In this document: piece after piece, positions 14,741 to 22,669 of the stretch | Numbering within the stretch: the first letter of the stretch is position 1 | Layout: each line of letters opens with the position of its first letter | From: an uncultured Candidatus Saccharibacteria bacterium | Lineage (GTDB): Bacteria > Patescibacteriota > Saccharimonadia > Saccharimonadales > JACDBH01 | Direction of reading: 5' to 3' | NCBI GenBank assembly: GCA_964458165.1 | Contig: CAYWFI010000004.1 | Span: forward strand, 1 to 24,000 | DNA length: 24,000 nucleotides | Program-made: the position numbers and the translations under genes | The notes under the pieces: model-generated | The model's input: the letters and a program-made list of their open reading frames with translations, nothing else | Told to the model about the DNA's origin: nothing | The model's database searches: none

Positions 14741-15874
14741 ATGAAAAACCCAAAAAAGAAGACTGAGAAGAAACGGCGCAAGATATCTATAAAGCGCCTG
14801 TTTCTTAAGGGAATTTGGTTTAGTTCTGCAGCGTTCCTTGTGTTCATAGCCGGTATTATGATTGGCGGGTCGCTGATAGGACTAAGTCTGGACGACGAAG
14901 GCGTACTAACGCTAAATGATTTTGTCATGGCAACCTGGCTGGATGCCTTTGTATTGGCTGGCCTATTATTGCTATTTGTCTTCTTGCTCAGGAAAAAGAA
15001 GCACACGCTTATCAGATGGACAAGGCGTACGTTTACGGTGCTATCCATACTTATATTCATTGCCGCGATAGGTACGACTATTTTCTTACTCGCCAGCTAC
15101 GAAGATGAGAATTTCCTTAGAGTTGAGAACCAAATTCAGGCAACCCCTGAGTCTAATGCTGTAGCCGGCAATGCCGATTATTCTGAGGGGTTGGCTTTTG
15201 ACAACGCGAAACTGCTTGAAGCCACCAACAGAGAGCGTGGCGGAGCTGGGGTCAATCCTTTGACTCTGAGTGACAAATTAAGCGCTGGCGCGCAGAAAAA
15301 ATGTGAAGATATGGTAGCAAAAGACTACTGGTCGCATAAAGACCCGGCAGGCAATGAGCCCTGGCGTTTCATAACGGACACCGGGTACGCATACGAAACA
15401 GCCGGCGAAAACCTGGCTTATGGGTTTATCAAGGAGACGGATGTTATTACGGGCTGGATGAATAGCCCAGGCCACAAGGAAAACCTACTTGCCACGAAGT
15501 TCACGGAGGTAGGTTTCGGTGTCTGTCAAAGTGATAACTATGTAAATACAGGGAAGCAACTAGTGGTTGTCCAGCACCTTACGCGTCCCGGAACAACAAA
15601 TACTACATCGAGGAGCGGTAACTCAGCACCTAAACAAAAGCCGTACGTAGCCTCTGTATGCACAAAGACACCGATCCCTTATAACACGACCTATGAGGAG
15701 CGGAGTTATCTGTACGTGGGCGAAACAAGCTCTATTGGTGGTTATGAGGGTTATACGTACACCTGTACGACAGATTCCGAAGGCTATACACCGCCCAGCT
15801 ACACGGTAGACCCGATGGATAAAACTATACTTGTAGGCACTAAACCAAAACCCGAGGCAGGACCAACGCCATAA
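14741..15874 (+). CDS. Membrane protein with an extracellular CAP/SCP (YkwD-like) domain and a C-terminal G5-like domain
   Basis: Lys-rich N-terminus, then 3 hydrophobic helices. CAP core NRERGGAGVNPLTLSDKL...YWSHKDP...ENLAYGF...GWMNSPGHKENLL. The C-terminus TPIPYNTTYEERSYLYVGETSSIGGYEGYTYTCTTDSEGY...DKTILVGTKP resembles a G5 domain. Confidence 0.75.
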   Translation: MKNPKKKTEKKRRKISIKRLFLKGIWFSSAAFLVFIAGIMIGGSLIGLSLDDEGVLTLNDFVMATWLDAFVLAGLLLLFVFLLRKKKHTLIRWTRRTFTVLSILIFIAAIGTTIFLLASYEDENFLRVENQIQATPESNAVAGNADYSEGLAFDNAKLLEATNRERGGAGVNPLTLSDKLSAGAQKKCEDMVAKDYWSHKDPAGNEPWRFITDTGYAYETAGENLAYGFIKETDVITGWMNSPGHKENLLATKFTEVGFGVCQSDNYVNTGKQLVVVQHLTRPGTTNTTSRSGNSAPKQKPYVASVCTKTPIPYNTTYEERSYLYVGETSSIGGYEGYTYTCTTDSEGYTPPSYTVDPMDKTILVGTKPKPEAGPTP

Positions 15875-15900
15875 AGAATAGGGGAATAATCCGGTAGCTG

Positions 15901-17481
15901 CTATTGCTTCTCGGCTACAAGAACCGCGTCCTGAAAGCCTGCTGGATACGACACCGATCTTGTGCCGCTAGCCGGGAAAGTACCGGCATCAGTCGTGGAC
16001 CCATTTGCCGGGTTAAACCACGATAATTTAATATTTCCTCCTCCAAGCGCCGTCATATTAACGACTATACCGCTCCTGTTGTTAGGAAAATAAGCTAGGC
16101 CTACTGAATTGTTTTTGGCTATTGCAGAGGTTGAGTAGTTTGTTGTATTAACCGTGCCGTAACCGCCAGTTAGCAATTTAACTGTATTATTCGCCCTATG
16201 GTCAGGTACTAGTTCCGTCCGATATTTATCAAAAAACGTCGCCAGTCTCTTGATGTCATTCGAAGAATTCGCGTTAAGGGCGTTTTTCCAAACTGAATTC
16301 ACATCCCATACCTGTTCGTGTCCGTAGGCAAATCCGACGCCTCCGCTCAGGAAAGTCCAATATGCCTGCGCTCTTAGCCCTCGATCATCAAGCAGGGTAT
16401 TGGCAGGTACGGTTCTGTCCAATGTCTCTCTTGCGTCATAGAATGCTTCGGGATTAATTATTGGCTTTGGATTAGCGCGGTTATAGGTAGGCTGTACGAT
16501 TTTGTATGGCAATTCGTCCGAGTAGGCAAAAGATACTGTATGCCAGGAGTCGTTATGGAAAAAATCACTGCTTGAGAAGGTTCTATCAGTATGATAGCTC
16601 ATCAGGTGTCTTATTGACTCGTTATTACGGATTGCTTGCCCCATATTACGCGTAGCCTGCGTTTTATCTGAAGTATCTTTTCCTGCCGGGACATTAGAAA
16701 CTCCAGAACCTGATAGGTCAGGGTTATTATCGCCACCCAGTGTCCACATAATATTTGGTTTATCGCCGAATCTTTTTCCTAGAAATGTCCCGTATGCTGT
16801 CGCGTTAGAGTTACTAACATACCCCCGCCAGTCCCAACCCGCCCAACCATACCAGGATGGGATTAAGTTTATCTGCATATCTCTGTTTGCCGCTTGATCA
16901 ATTATATAATCTATGTGATCCCAATAGTCATAATCAGAACTATTGGCGTTTGAGGTCCTGGCACCGACCTCTCTTGGTTGACTTATGTCTAGATTGTTAA
17001 TAAACGGACTGGCACCATATACGTTCGGAAGCGTGCCTAAGTTAGGAAACATCAAAACCGATACTTGAATAGTGTTAAAACCTTTACTCTTCCTGTCATT
17101 CAGATAGGTAACAATATCAGCCTGATTCATGCGTGCCGGAGCGAACCACCCCGCATCAGCGATATAGTAATAAAATTTATTATCCGCAGTTAGTAAATAT
17201 CTTCCGTTATCGCTAGCCTTTAGTGGATATGTACCGTTCGACGAAGGAGGCGGGGCGGGATTAAATATTATTGCTTGACCATCTGATGCTTGTTGATCGC
17301 TAATTTTTTGCGCACTCCCAGACAGAGTACCGGATTCTGCCTCAAAGGATCTTGATGGACCCGCCGCGAATATCACGGCAATCATTGAGACGCCAAGAAT
17401 TGCTAAGGCTACAACAAACAACACTTTAGTGTACGGCGTATTGTATCTATCTAATGTTACTCTCAAGTTACTCACAAGCAC
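15901..17481 (-). CDS. Secreted glycoside hydrolase, DUF4038/GH140-like, with a C-terminal collagenase-type binding-like domain
   Basis: N-terminal TM anchor. FEAESGTL...ASDGQAI motif. NGRYLLTADNKFYYYIADAGWFAPARMNQADIVTYLNDRKSKGFNTIQ matches the DUF4038 N-terminal pattern as I remember it. The C-terminal LSWFNPANGSTTDAG...DAVLV resembles PF12904-type tails. Confidence 0.65.
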   Translation of the reverse strand: MLVSNLRVTLDRYNTPYTKVLFVVALAILGVSMIAVIFAAGPSRSFEAESGTLSGSAQKISDQQASDGQAIIFNPAPPPSSNGTYPLKASDNGRYLLTADNKFYYYIADAGWFAPARMNQADIVTYLNDRKSKGFNTIQVSVLMFPNLGTLPNVYGASPFINNLDISQPREVGARTSNANSSDYDYWDHIDYIIDQAANRDMQINLIPSWYGWAGWDWRGYVSNSNATAYGTFLGKRFGDKPNIMWTLGGDNNPDLSGSGVSNVPAGKDTSDKTQATRNMGQAIRNNESIRHLMSYHTDRTFSSSDFFHNDSWHTVSFAYSDELPYKIVQPTYNRANPKPIINPEAFYDARETLDRTVPANTLLDDRGLRAQAYWTFLSGGVGFAYGHEQVWDVNSVWKNALNANSSNDIKRLATFFDKYRTELVPDHRANNTVKLLTGGYGTVNTTNYSTSAIAKNNSVGLAYFPNNRSGIVVNMTALGGGNIKLSWFNPANGSTTDAGTFPASGTRSVSYPAGFQDAVLVAEKQ

Positions 17482-17779
17482 CCTTTTAGAGTTTATGGTT
17501 GCATAGATAAAGATTACTAAACTTTCTGTTTAAAGCATAATTATTTTCATCCCGTGTCCCTTATCCGACTGAACACCATGCGGTCTACAGGGCTTTACTA
17601 TTGCCCGCAGACGCATTTCAGGAAACTAACGTACTTGTTGCAGGCGTTTCAAATTATGTCTTTGCAGCCATAATAAGCTTATGATAATATTATGGTAATA
17701 CGTAACGAAAGGCACCGACTCTCGCATATATATTAAGAAGTAGATGATACTTATCCACAAGCATATGCATGTTTTGGTA

Positions 17780-17808
17780 TTGACATGTATGAGTTGTAAG
17801 TAGATTAT
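17780..17808 (+). promoter_or_regulatory. Candidate promoter of the 17868-21410 cluster
   Basis: TTGACA (17780-17785), 17-nt spacer, GATTAT (17803-17808), in an AT-rich intergenic region of about 385 bp. Confidence 0.35.
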
Positions 17809-17867
17809 TAAATAGTAGGGTTTAGTTCCTACGACATTGTTCTACAACTTATTAGTGGGGGTTCGTT

Positions 17868-18449
17868 ATGAAGCACGTATTAATACGTCACGATAACAAA
17901 AGGAACCAAAAACCACACACAAACACTCTGAACACGAACATAACTCGGTTCCAGAGCTGGCGAAACTTTCTTGAATTGTCCAAAACACCGGCTGCTATTG
18001 CTATAGCTGCCGGTTTTTTTATAGCTCTAGCACCTGTGAGTGTCGCTACTTTTTATGCAAATCAAAGTGACACGGATGTAAATTTTGCGGATATGTTGCC
18101 CAACGAACATGAAACCGTACCAGTTACAACTGCCGGCACTCCCGCCGTAAATGAAGAGACCGCTCCCAATATAACACCGGTAGACAAACAGACAACAGCA
18201 AATGTGGCCCACGACCGGACAATTTCCATTAGTATTGAATCACGTCAGACTACAGAAACACCCAAACAGGATCCGTCGCAGACTCCATCGGTCACCGTAA
18301 ACGGACAGGCGGTCACCCTGCCCAAGAACGGGACTTACCGCGAGACATACCAGGACAAAGACACTAAAACCAACATACGTATACGCGGCACAAGCGATGC
18401 ATCCTCCATATCCATACATACGAAAACCGATGTAAAGGAGGGTGATTAA
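17868..18449 (+). CDS. Hypothetical single-pass (type II) membrane protein with a Thr/Pro-rich ectodomain
   Basis: 193 aa. GGGGG Shine-Dalgarno. Basic cytoplasmic N-terminus, TM helix AAIAIAAGFFIALAPVSVATFYA, low-complexity T/P/Q-rich region. I recognise no family. Confidence 0.55.
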   Translation: MKHVLIRHDNKRNQKPHTNTLNTNITRFQSWRNFLELSKTPAAIAIAAGFFIALAPVSVATFYANQSDTDVNFADMLPNEHETVPVTTAGTPAVNEETAPNITPVDKQTTANVAHDRTISISIESRQTTETPKQDPSQTPSVTVNGQAVTLPKNGTYRETYQDKDTKTNIRIRGTSDASSISIHTKTDVKEGD

Positions 18450-18572
18450 TTATGCGGTGAAACAACACACGTCATTCGACCTTGGCGAGTTTTGCAAAAA
18501 AACTAAAAATCGCGCGTGGGTCGGACGAGGTGTCCGAGGTAACTAATTTAATAACAACAAGGAGGGTAGCTT

Positions 18573-19163
18573 ATGAAAAAGTTACTTGGTTTATTTGTTG
18601 CGGTATTGGTGAGCGTGGGGCTTACTGGCGGTATCGTAGCAGCCAACTCGGGTGCAATTGACGGAACCGGACCTGGTTCGCGCAATGAAATCAGCGACAA
18701 AGACAACTCTAGGGTTAATCTAAACAACAGGACTGATGTCGACGCGAGGATTGACACTGACCAATACGCCAGCAGCGGTGATGCTTGGGTCAAATTCAAC
18801 ACCACCGGTGGTAGCGCGAGTAGCGGTGACGCTAGCAACGAGAACAGCGTAGAAGCAGATCTTTCCATCGACAACAGCGGTTCGTCTAGTGCCGCCCTGG
18901 CTTGCGCCTGCAATGGTGGAGGTGGCGGGAACAGCAGCAGTATAGACAATACTGGCCCGCTGTCGAAAAACGAGATTAAGCACGAGAATAATTCTCGTGT
19001 TGAGGTCAACAATAAAACCGATGTTAACTTCAATAACAACGTCAAACAGGTAGCAAAGACCGGAAACACAGCTGTTTTCCTAAACACTACGGGCGGCGAT
19101 GCAACCAGTGGCGATGCGTCCAACTCCAGTAGCACAGTCTTCAGTCTTTCTGTTACCAATTAG
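18573..19163 (+). CDS. Secreted repeat protein with two ~75-aa units carrying TGP-S-NEI and NTTGG-A-SGDASN motifs
   Basis: Strong AAGGAGGG Shine-Dalgarno. Signal peptide MKKLLGLFVAVLVSVGLTGGIVAANS. Internal duplication IDGTGPGSRNEISDKDNSRVNLNNRTDV...FNTTGGSASSGDASN versus IDNTGPLSKNEIKHENNSRVEVNNKTDV...LNTTGGDATSGDASN, joined by a Gly/Ser linker containing CAC. Confidence 0.8.
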   Translation: MKKLLGLFVAVLVSVGLTGGIVAANSGAIDGTGPGSRNEISDKDNSRVNLNNRTDVDARIDTDQYASSGDAWVKFNTTGGSASSGDASNENSVEADLSIDNSGSSSAALACACNGGGGGNSSSIDNTGPLSKNEIKHENNSRVEVNNKTDVNFNNNVKQVAKTGNTAVFLNTTGGDATSGDASNSSSTVFSLSVTN

Positions 19164-19290
19164 GCGATTTAGCGGTTCTAGTTAAGTTAAGCAACAACTC
19201 AAACAGATGGCGGCCATCATAGACCTTAAACCCCACGCTTTTAGAGTCGAATGGCACCCCGCGCGCCCAGGAAAAATCCAAAGGGAGACA

Positions 19291-19326
19291 CGGCAAGAGC
19301 GAGCCTCGACAAGCTCACTCTTGCCG
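19291..19326 (+). promoter_or_regulatory. Intercistronic GC-rich hairpin between the 196-aa and 673-aa genes (no U-tract)
   Basis: cggcaagagcgagc (19291-19304) pairs with gctcactcttgccg (19313-19326) at 13 of 14 positions, with an 8-nt loop. It is followed by ggtgtgtg rather than a T-run. Confidence 0.5.
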
Positions 19327-19388
19327 GGTGTGTGAGTCAAGACATTGTTACGAATTGTATTTTAGTGTGAGGTAGGAGGCACCATTGC

Positions 19389-21410
19389 ATGAGAGATTTC
19401 ACGAACCGGCTAAGACGCTTATTAATTTATGCTGTCGTTAGTGTTTACTTTATAACTCTAGGCAACGTTTCGTTGTCCGCGAAAATATTCGCCGAAGAAG
19501 CAGATGTAACCAACCCTCCGGCAGAAGCCTCCACTCCAGAGGAACCGGTGGCACAAAGTACTGAACAGCCGCCCAAACCAAAAGAACCTAGTTTTATCTA
19601 TAATCCTGAGACAGGTCTGTGGGAAAGCAAATATTACACTTGGGATCCTGTTACTAGGCAGACTACCATAAAGCATCCTACAAAAACCCCCGTTAACCCG
19701 ACTCCAGAAAGCCCAGAGCACGCACCACAGGCACAATCATCTAATGCGGCGGATACTGAAACACCGACAGTTAGTCCGCAGACCCTGGCAGGACCCAGCA
19801 GCAACCAGCAAGCAACTAGTCACAACCCGGTCCATCAGGCAGCTCTACCGCTGAGCGCAGCTACGTTGCCTGGACCAGGCCAAGAGATAAGCGTATCGCC
19901 AAATAATAACAATTACACGCATGCTGATCTGCTTAGCAATGCGGCAATAAACAACCAGATTGATTCCAGTGCCATAACCGGCAATGCGTCAGTCCTCCAA
20001 AACACGACAGCCGGCAGCGCTACTAGTGGTGATGCCGTAGCTATGGCAAATGTATTGAACATGCTCCAGTCGACCTGGAGTGCCGATGGGCTGTTGCCGC
20101 AAATATATGTTGCTGATATCCAAGGCGAATATGTTGGCGATATTATAATTGACCCATCGCTTTTTTCGGGCATCCAGGCAGGCAACTGCTCGCTTTGCGG
20201 CGAGACTATAGTCAATTCCACTACCAATAACACCATTAATAACGATATAAATCTATCCGCGTCTACTGGCAATGCTACCGTGTCTAGCAACACAACAGCC
20301 GGTAACGCGACTACTGGAGACGCCGCGGCACTGGCCAACGTTATTAATATGATCAGCAGCTCAATCACCTCTGGTCAATCATTCCTTGGCGTGATTAATG
20401 TCCACGGAAATCTAGAGGGCGATATTATAGTTGCCAGCGACGTAATTAACGAACTGATTGCAGCCAACGTGCCAACAACAGAGATCAGTCTATGCCCCAC
20501 CTGCGGCAACATATTAGCAGAACTAAACAGCAGTCAATCGGTTACTAATAATGTAAGTATGAATGCCGCCAGCGGATCAGCCAACATAAGCATGAACACT
20601 AACGCCGGCAACGCTACCAGTGGCAATGCTGCTACCAATTTGACAGTATTCAACCTAACTGGGCATACGGTTGTCGGCCGTGACGCGTTGTTGGTATTTG
20701 TTAATGTCCAGGGCGAGTGGGTAGGATTTATAACCAACGCGCCGGAGGGCAGCACAGCGGCAGCCTTTGGCGGCGGTTTAACAGAAAACAGCTACCTAAC
20801 ACCCGGCGGTGAATACAACATAGAAAATAACATGATGATTAACAACAATATAGATGTTAGCGCTATCAGTGGAGACGCTGAGGTTAGCTACAATACTAGT
20901 GCCGGTAACGCCACCAGCGGTAACGCCACGGCATCTGTCAACCTGGCAAACGTAATGGACAGCTCGTTCAGTCTGACTGGCTGGTTTGGCATACTATTCA
21001 TAAATGTCCTGGGCGATTGGTTCGGTAGCTTTGGTATTAATACCGCTTACGGCAACGGGCCGATAATCGAGAGTTATAGCCAAACACCAGCTACTGGTAT
21101 TCATAATGTATCGGCAACCAGCCAGATTAATCAACCGTCACCGACCAATAACCCGCACAATCGGTTTATGGTATTTAGTGTCAGCTTCGAGGATGACGAC
21201 AACGATGGCGGCATGATACTAGCCAGCGTCAGCCAGATAGATCCGCCCAGCTCGACCGCTACCACGAGCTCGGTACCGGCAACAATATTAAGCCAAAGCA
21301 ATAATGTCTTCACAACGCTCGCATTGGTACTGGCAATTGCGGCAGCCTTTGGTCTGATTATGCACGGCGACAACCTCAAGATGCTAATCTTCAAAAACCG
21401 CCAGTTATAG
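19389..21410 (+). CDS. Large surface protein: signal peptide, Pro-rich spacer, four ~100-aa repeats with an SG-A-V--NT-AGNATSG-A core, Ser/Thr stalk and C-terminal TM anchor
   Basis: AGGAGG Shine-Dalgarno. Repeat cores are ITGNASVLQNTTAGSATSGDAVAMANVLNM, STGNATVSSNTTAGNATTGDAAALANVINM, ASGSANISMNTNAGNATSGNAATNLTVFNL and ISGDAEVSYNTSAGNATSGNATASVNLANV. Each is followed by a (F/Y)(I/V)NV-G-(W/L)-G segment. CSLCG and CPTCG motifs precede repeats 2 and 3. C-terminal helix TTLALVLAIAAAFGLIM. Confidence 0.8.
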   Translation: MRDFTNRLRRLLIYAVVSVYFITLGNVSLSAKIFAEEADVTNPPAEASTPEEPVAQSTEQPPKPKEPSFIYNPETGLWESKYYTWDPVTRQTTIKHPTKTPVNPTPESPEHAPQAQSSNAADTETPTVSPQTLAGPSSNQQATSHNPVHQAALPLSAATLPGPGQEISVSPNNNNYTHADLLSNAAINNQIDSSAITGNASVLQNTTAGSATSGDAVAMANVLNMLQSTWSADGLLPQIYVADIQGEYVGDIIIDPSLFSGIQAGNCSLCGETIVNSTTNNTINNDINLSASTGNATVSSNTTAGNATTGDAAALANVINMISSSITSGQSFLGVINVHGNLEGDIIVASDVINELIAANVPTTEISLCPTCGNILAELNSSQSVTNNVSMNAASGSANISMNTNAGNATSGNAATNLTVFNLTGHTVVGRDALLVFVNVQGEWVGFITNAPEGSTAAAFGGGLTENSYLTPGGEYNIENNMMINNNIDVSAISGDAEVSYNTSAGNATSGNATASVNLANVMDSSFSLTGWFGILFINVLGDWFGSFGINTAYGNGPIIESYSQTPATGIHNVSATSQINQPSPTNNPHNRFMVFSVSFEDDDNDGGMILASVSQIDPPSSTATTSSVPATILSQSNNVFTTLALVLAIAAAFGLIMHGDNLKMLIFKNRQL

Positions 21411-21506
21411 TGGCAGCCGCCTGCAAGAACTGCTCAAGGTATGTAAGGTATTAACCTGAGTATAAAAGCTCATCTTAAGCAGTGTTAGACCAAGCCCTGA
21501 AAGATG

Positions 21507-21527
21507 AAAAAAGCCTCCGAAGAGGCT
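21507..21527 (-). terminator. Rho-independent terminator downstream of tRNA-Trp
   Basis: On the minus strand: agcctc-ttcg-gaggct followed by TTTTT(T). Plus-strand coordinates are stem 21512-21517 / 21522-21527 and A-run 21507-21511. Confidence 0.8.
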
Positions 21528-21539
21528 ATTCATCTTGTT

Positions 21540-21616
21540 TGGCAGGGGCGGGGGGATTCGAACCCACGGCCTTTGGTTTTGGAGACCAACGCTCTAACCA
21601 GCTGAGCTACGCCCCT
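21540..21616 (-). tRNA. tRNA-Trp (anticodon CCA)
   Basis: Reverse complement reads AGGGGCG-TA-GCTC-AGCTGGTTA-GAGC-G-TTGGT-CTCCAAA-ACCAA-AGGCC-GTGGG-TTCGAAT-CCCCC-CGCCCCT-G-CCA. The cloverleaf folds with one U:C mismatch in the T stem. CCA is encoded. Confidence 0.85.
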
Positions 21617-21870
21617 GCGTCGTCGGAGTGTAAGGCTGAGGTTGCCTTGATTGCTGACAAAATAAATTTGCTCAGCAATTCTAGCAACCCCAGGCCAGCC
21701 TACTCCCCTCAAAATTCCAAACAGCGGGCAAGCCGCTTGGTTTGGTATTTTGGCTAAGCCGCAAATACAGGCACAATCATACCTCATATCTGTTATTTTG
21801 TCACCCCGGGACGCGTGTTTGGGACACATGATTTTTTATTTGGTTATATCTGTTATAAAATAGCGTTTAT

Positions 21871-22542
21871 ATGAGCAAACGAAGGATAGCGTCAAGCCAG
21901 CCCGTGCTGATACTTTTGTACGGCTTCCCCGGATCGGGCAAGACGTATTTCGCGCGCCAGTTTAACGAGGCTTTTGACGCCGCCCATCTAGAGCAAGACC
22001 GTATCCGCCATGAACTGTTCGAACAACCGCGGTTTTCTAAACAAGAAAATTCCGCTCTTGGGCGCATTATGAATTACATGGCCGCTGAATTTCTGAATGC
22101 TGGAATCAGCGTGATTTATGATATGAACGCCATGCGTATCAGCCAGCGCAGGGCTTTGCGCGAGTTAGCCAGAAAGTACAAAGCCGCAACCATAGTGGTC
22201 TGGCTGCAGGTCGATGCCGATACGGCATACCTACGCAACCACAAGCGTGACCGCCGTAAACATGATGATCAGTACGCCGTTGGTTACGACGTAGAGGCAT
22301 TCAAGCAGCTGGCAAGCTACATGCAACACCCGGAACCAACCGAAGATTTTGTAGTAGTTAGCGGCAAGCATACTTTTGTGGGGCAGCTTAGCTCGGTGCT
22401 CAAAAAGCTGTCCGATATGAAAGTAGTCAAGACTTCCGATGCCGCGCACAAAATGATTAAACCCGAACTTGTCAACCTGGTACCGCAGCCGGCGCAACCC
22501 GGCGACCCAAAGAATCACCGCCGCAATATCGTCTTGCGCTAA
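21871..22542 (+). CDS. P-loop NTPase/kinase, AAA_33 (zeta-toxin/polynucleotide-kinase-like) family
   Basis: Walker A LLYGFPGSGKTYFARQF, followed by a short kinase-like fold length and a basic C-terminal tail. Confidence 0.7.
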   Translation: MSKRRIASSQPVLILLYGFPGSGKTYFARQFNEAFDAAHLEQDRIRHELFEQPRFSKQENSALGRIMNYMAAEFLNAGISVIYDMNAMRISQRRALRELARKYKAATIVVWLQVDADTAYLRNHKRDRRKHDDQYAVGYDVEAFKQLASYMQHPEPTEDFVVVSGKHTFVGQLSSVLKKLSDMKVVKTSDAAHKMIKPELVNLVPQPAQPGDPKNHRRNIVLR

Positions 22543-22550
22543 AGCGCAGA

Positions 22551-22657
22551 ATCAATTTTCTAATTTCCATTCAATTTACAATGACGCGATGAATCAAACC
22601 GTTTATCACATTGAGTCATTGGTACATTGGGCTTTGATTGGAAATTGAAAATTTCGA
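22551..22657. repeat. Heptamer-rich imperfect palindromic intergenic element, copy B
   Basis: Left arm atcaattttctaatttccattcaatttacaatgac, right arm gtcattggtacattgggctttgattggaaattgaaaatttcgat, perfect inner stem caatgac/gtcattg. It shares tcaatttacaatga, cattg(a)g, ttggtac and gaaattgaaaatt strings with copy A at 8078-8190. Confidence 0.75.
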
Positions 22658-22669
22658 TATACTGTTAGC

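Noticed and set aside
18548-19159. A 203-aa minus-strand ORF spans the whole 196-aa repeat-protein gene. Similar antisense ORFs lie at 19913..20368, 20534..20755 and 21131..21394 inside the 673-aa gene.
   Set aside because: Their translations are low-complexity Leu/Ser/Pro/Ala strings with no Shine-Dalgarno. The plus-strand frames have strong RBSs, signal peptides and a coherent repeat structure. Stop-free antisense frames are a by-product of the biased Asn/Thr/Gly/Ser codon content.
21482-21829. ORFs 21482..21757 (+) and 21530..21829 (-) lie in the tRNA-Trp region.
   Set aside because: Both run straight through the tRNA-Trp gene and its terminator, so they are treated as spurious.
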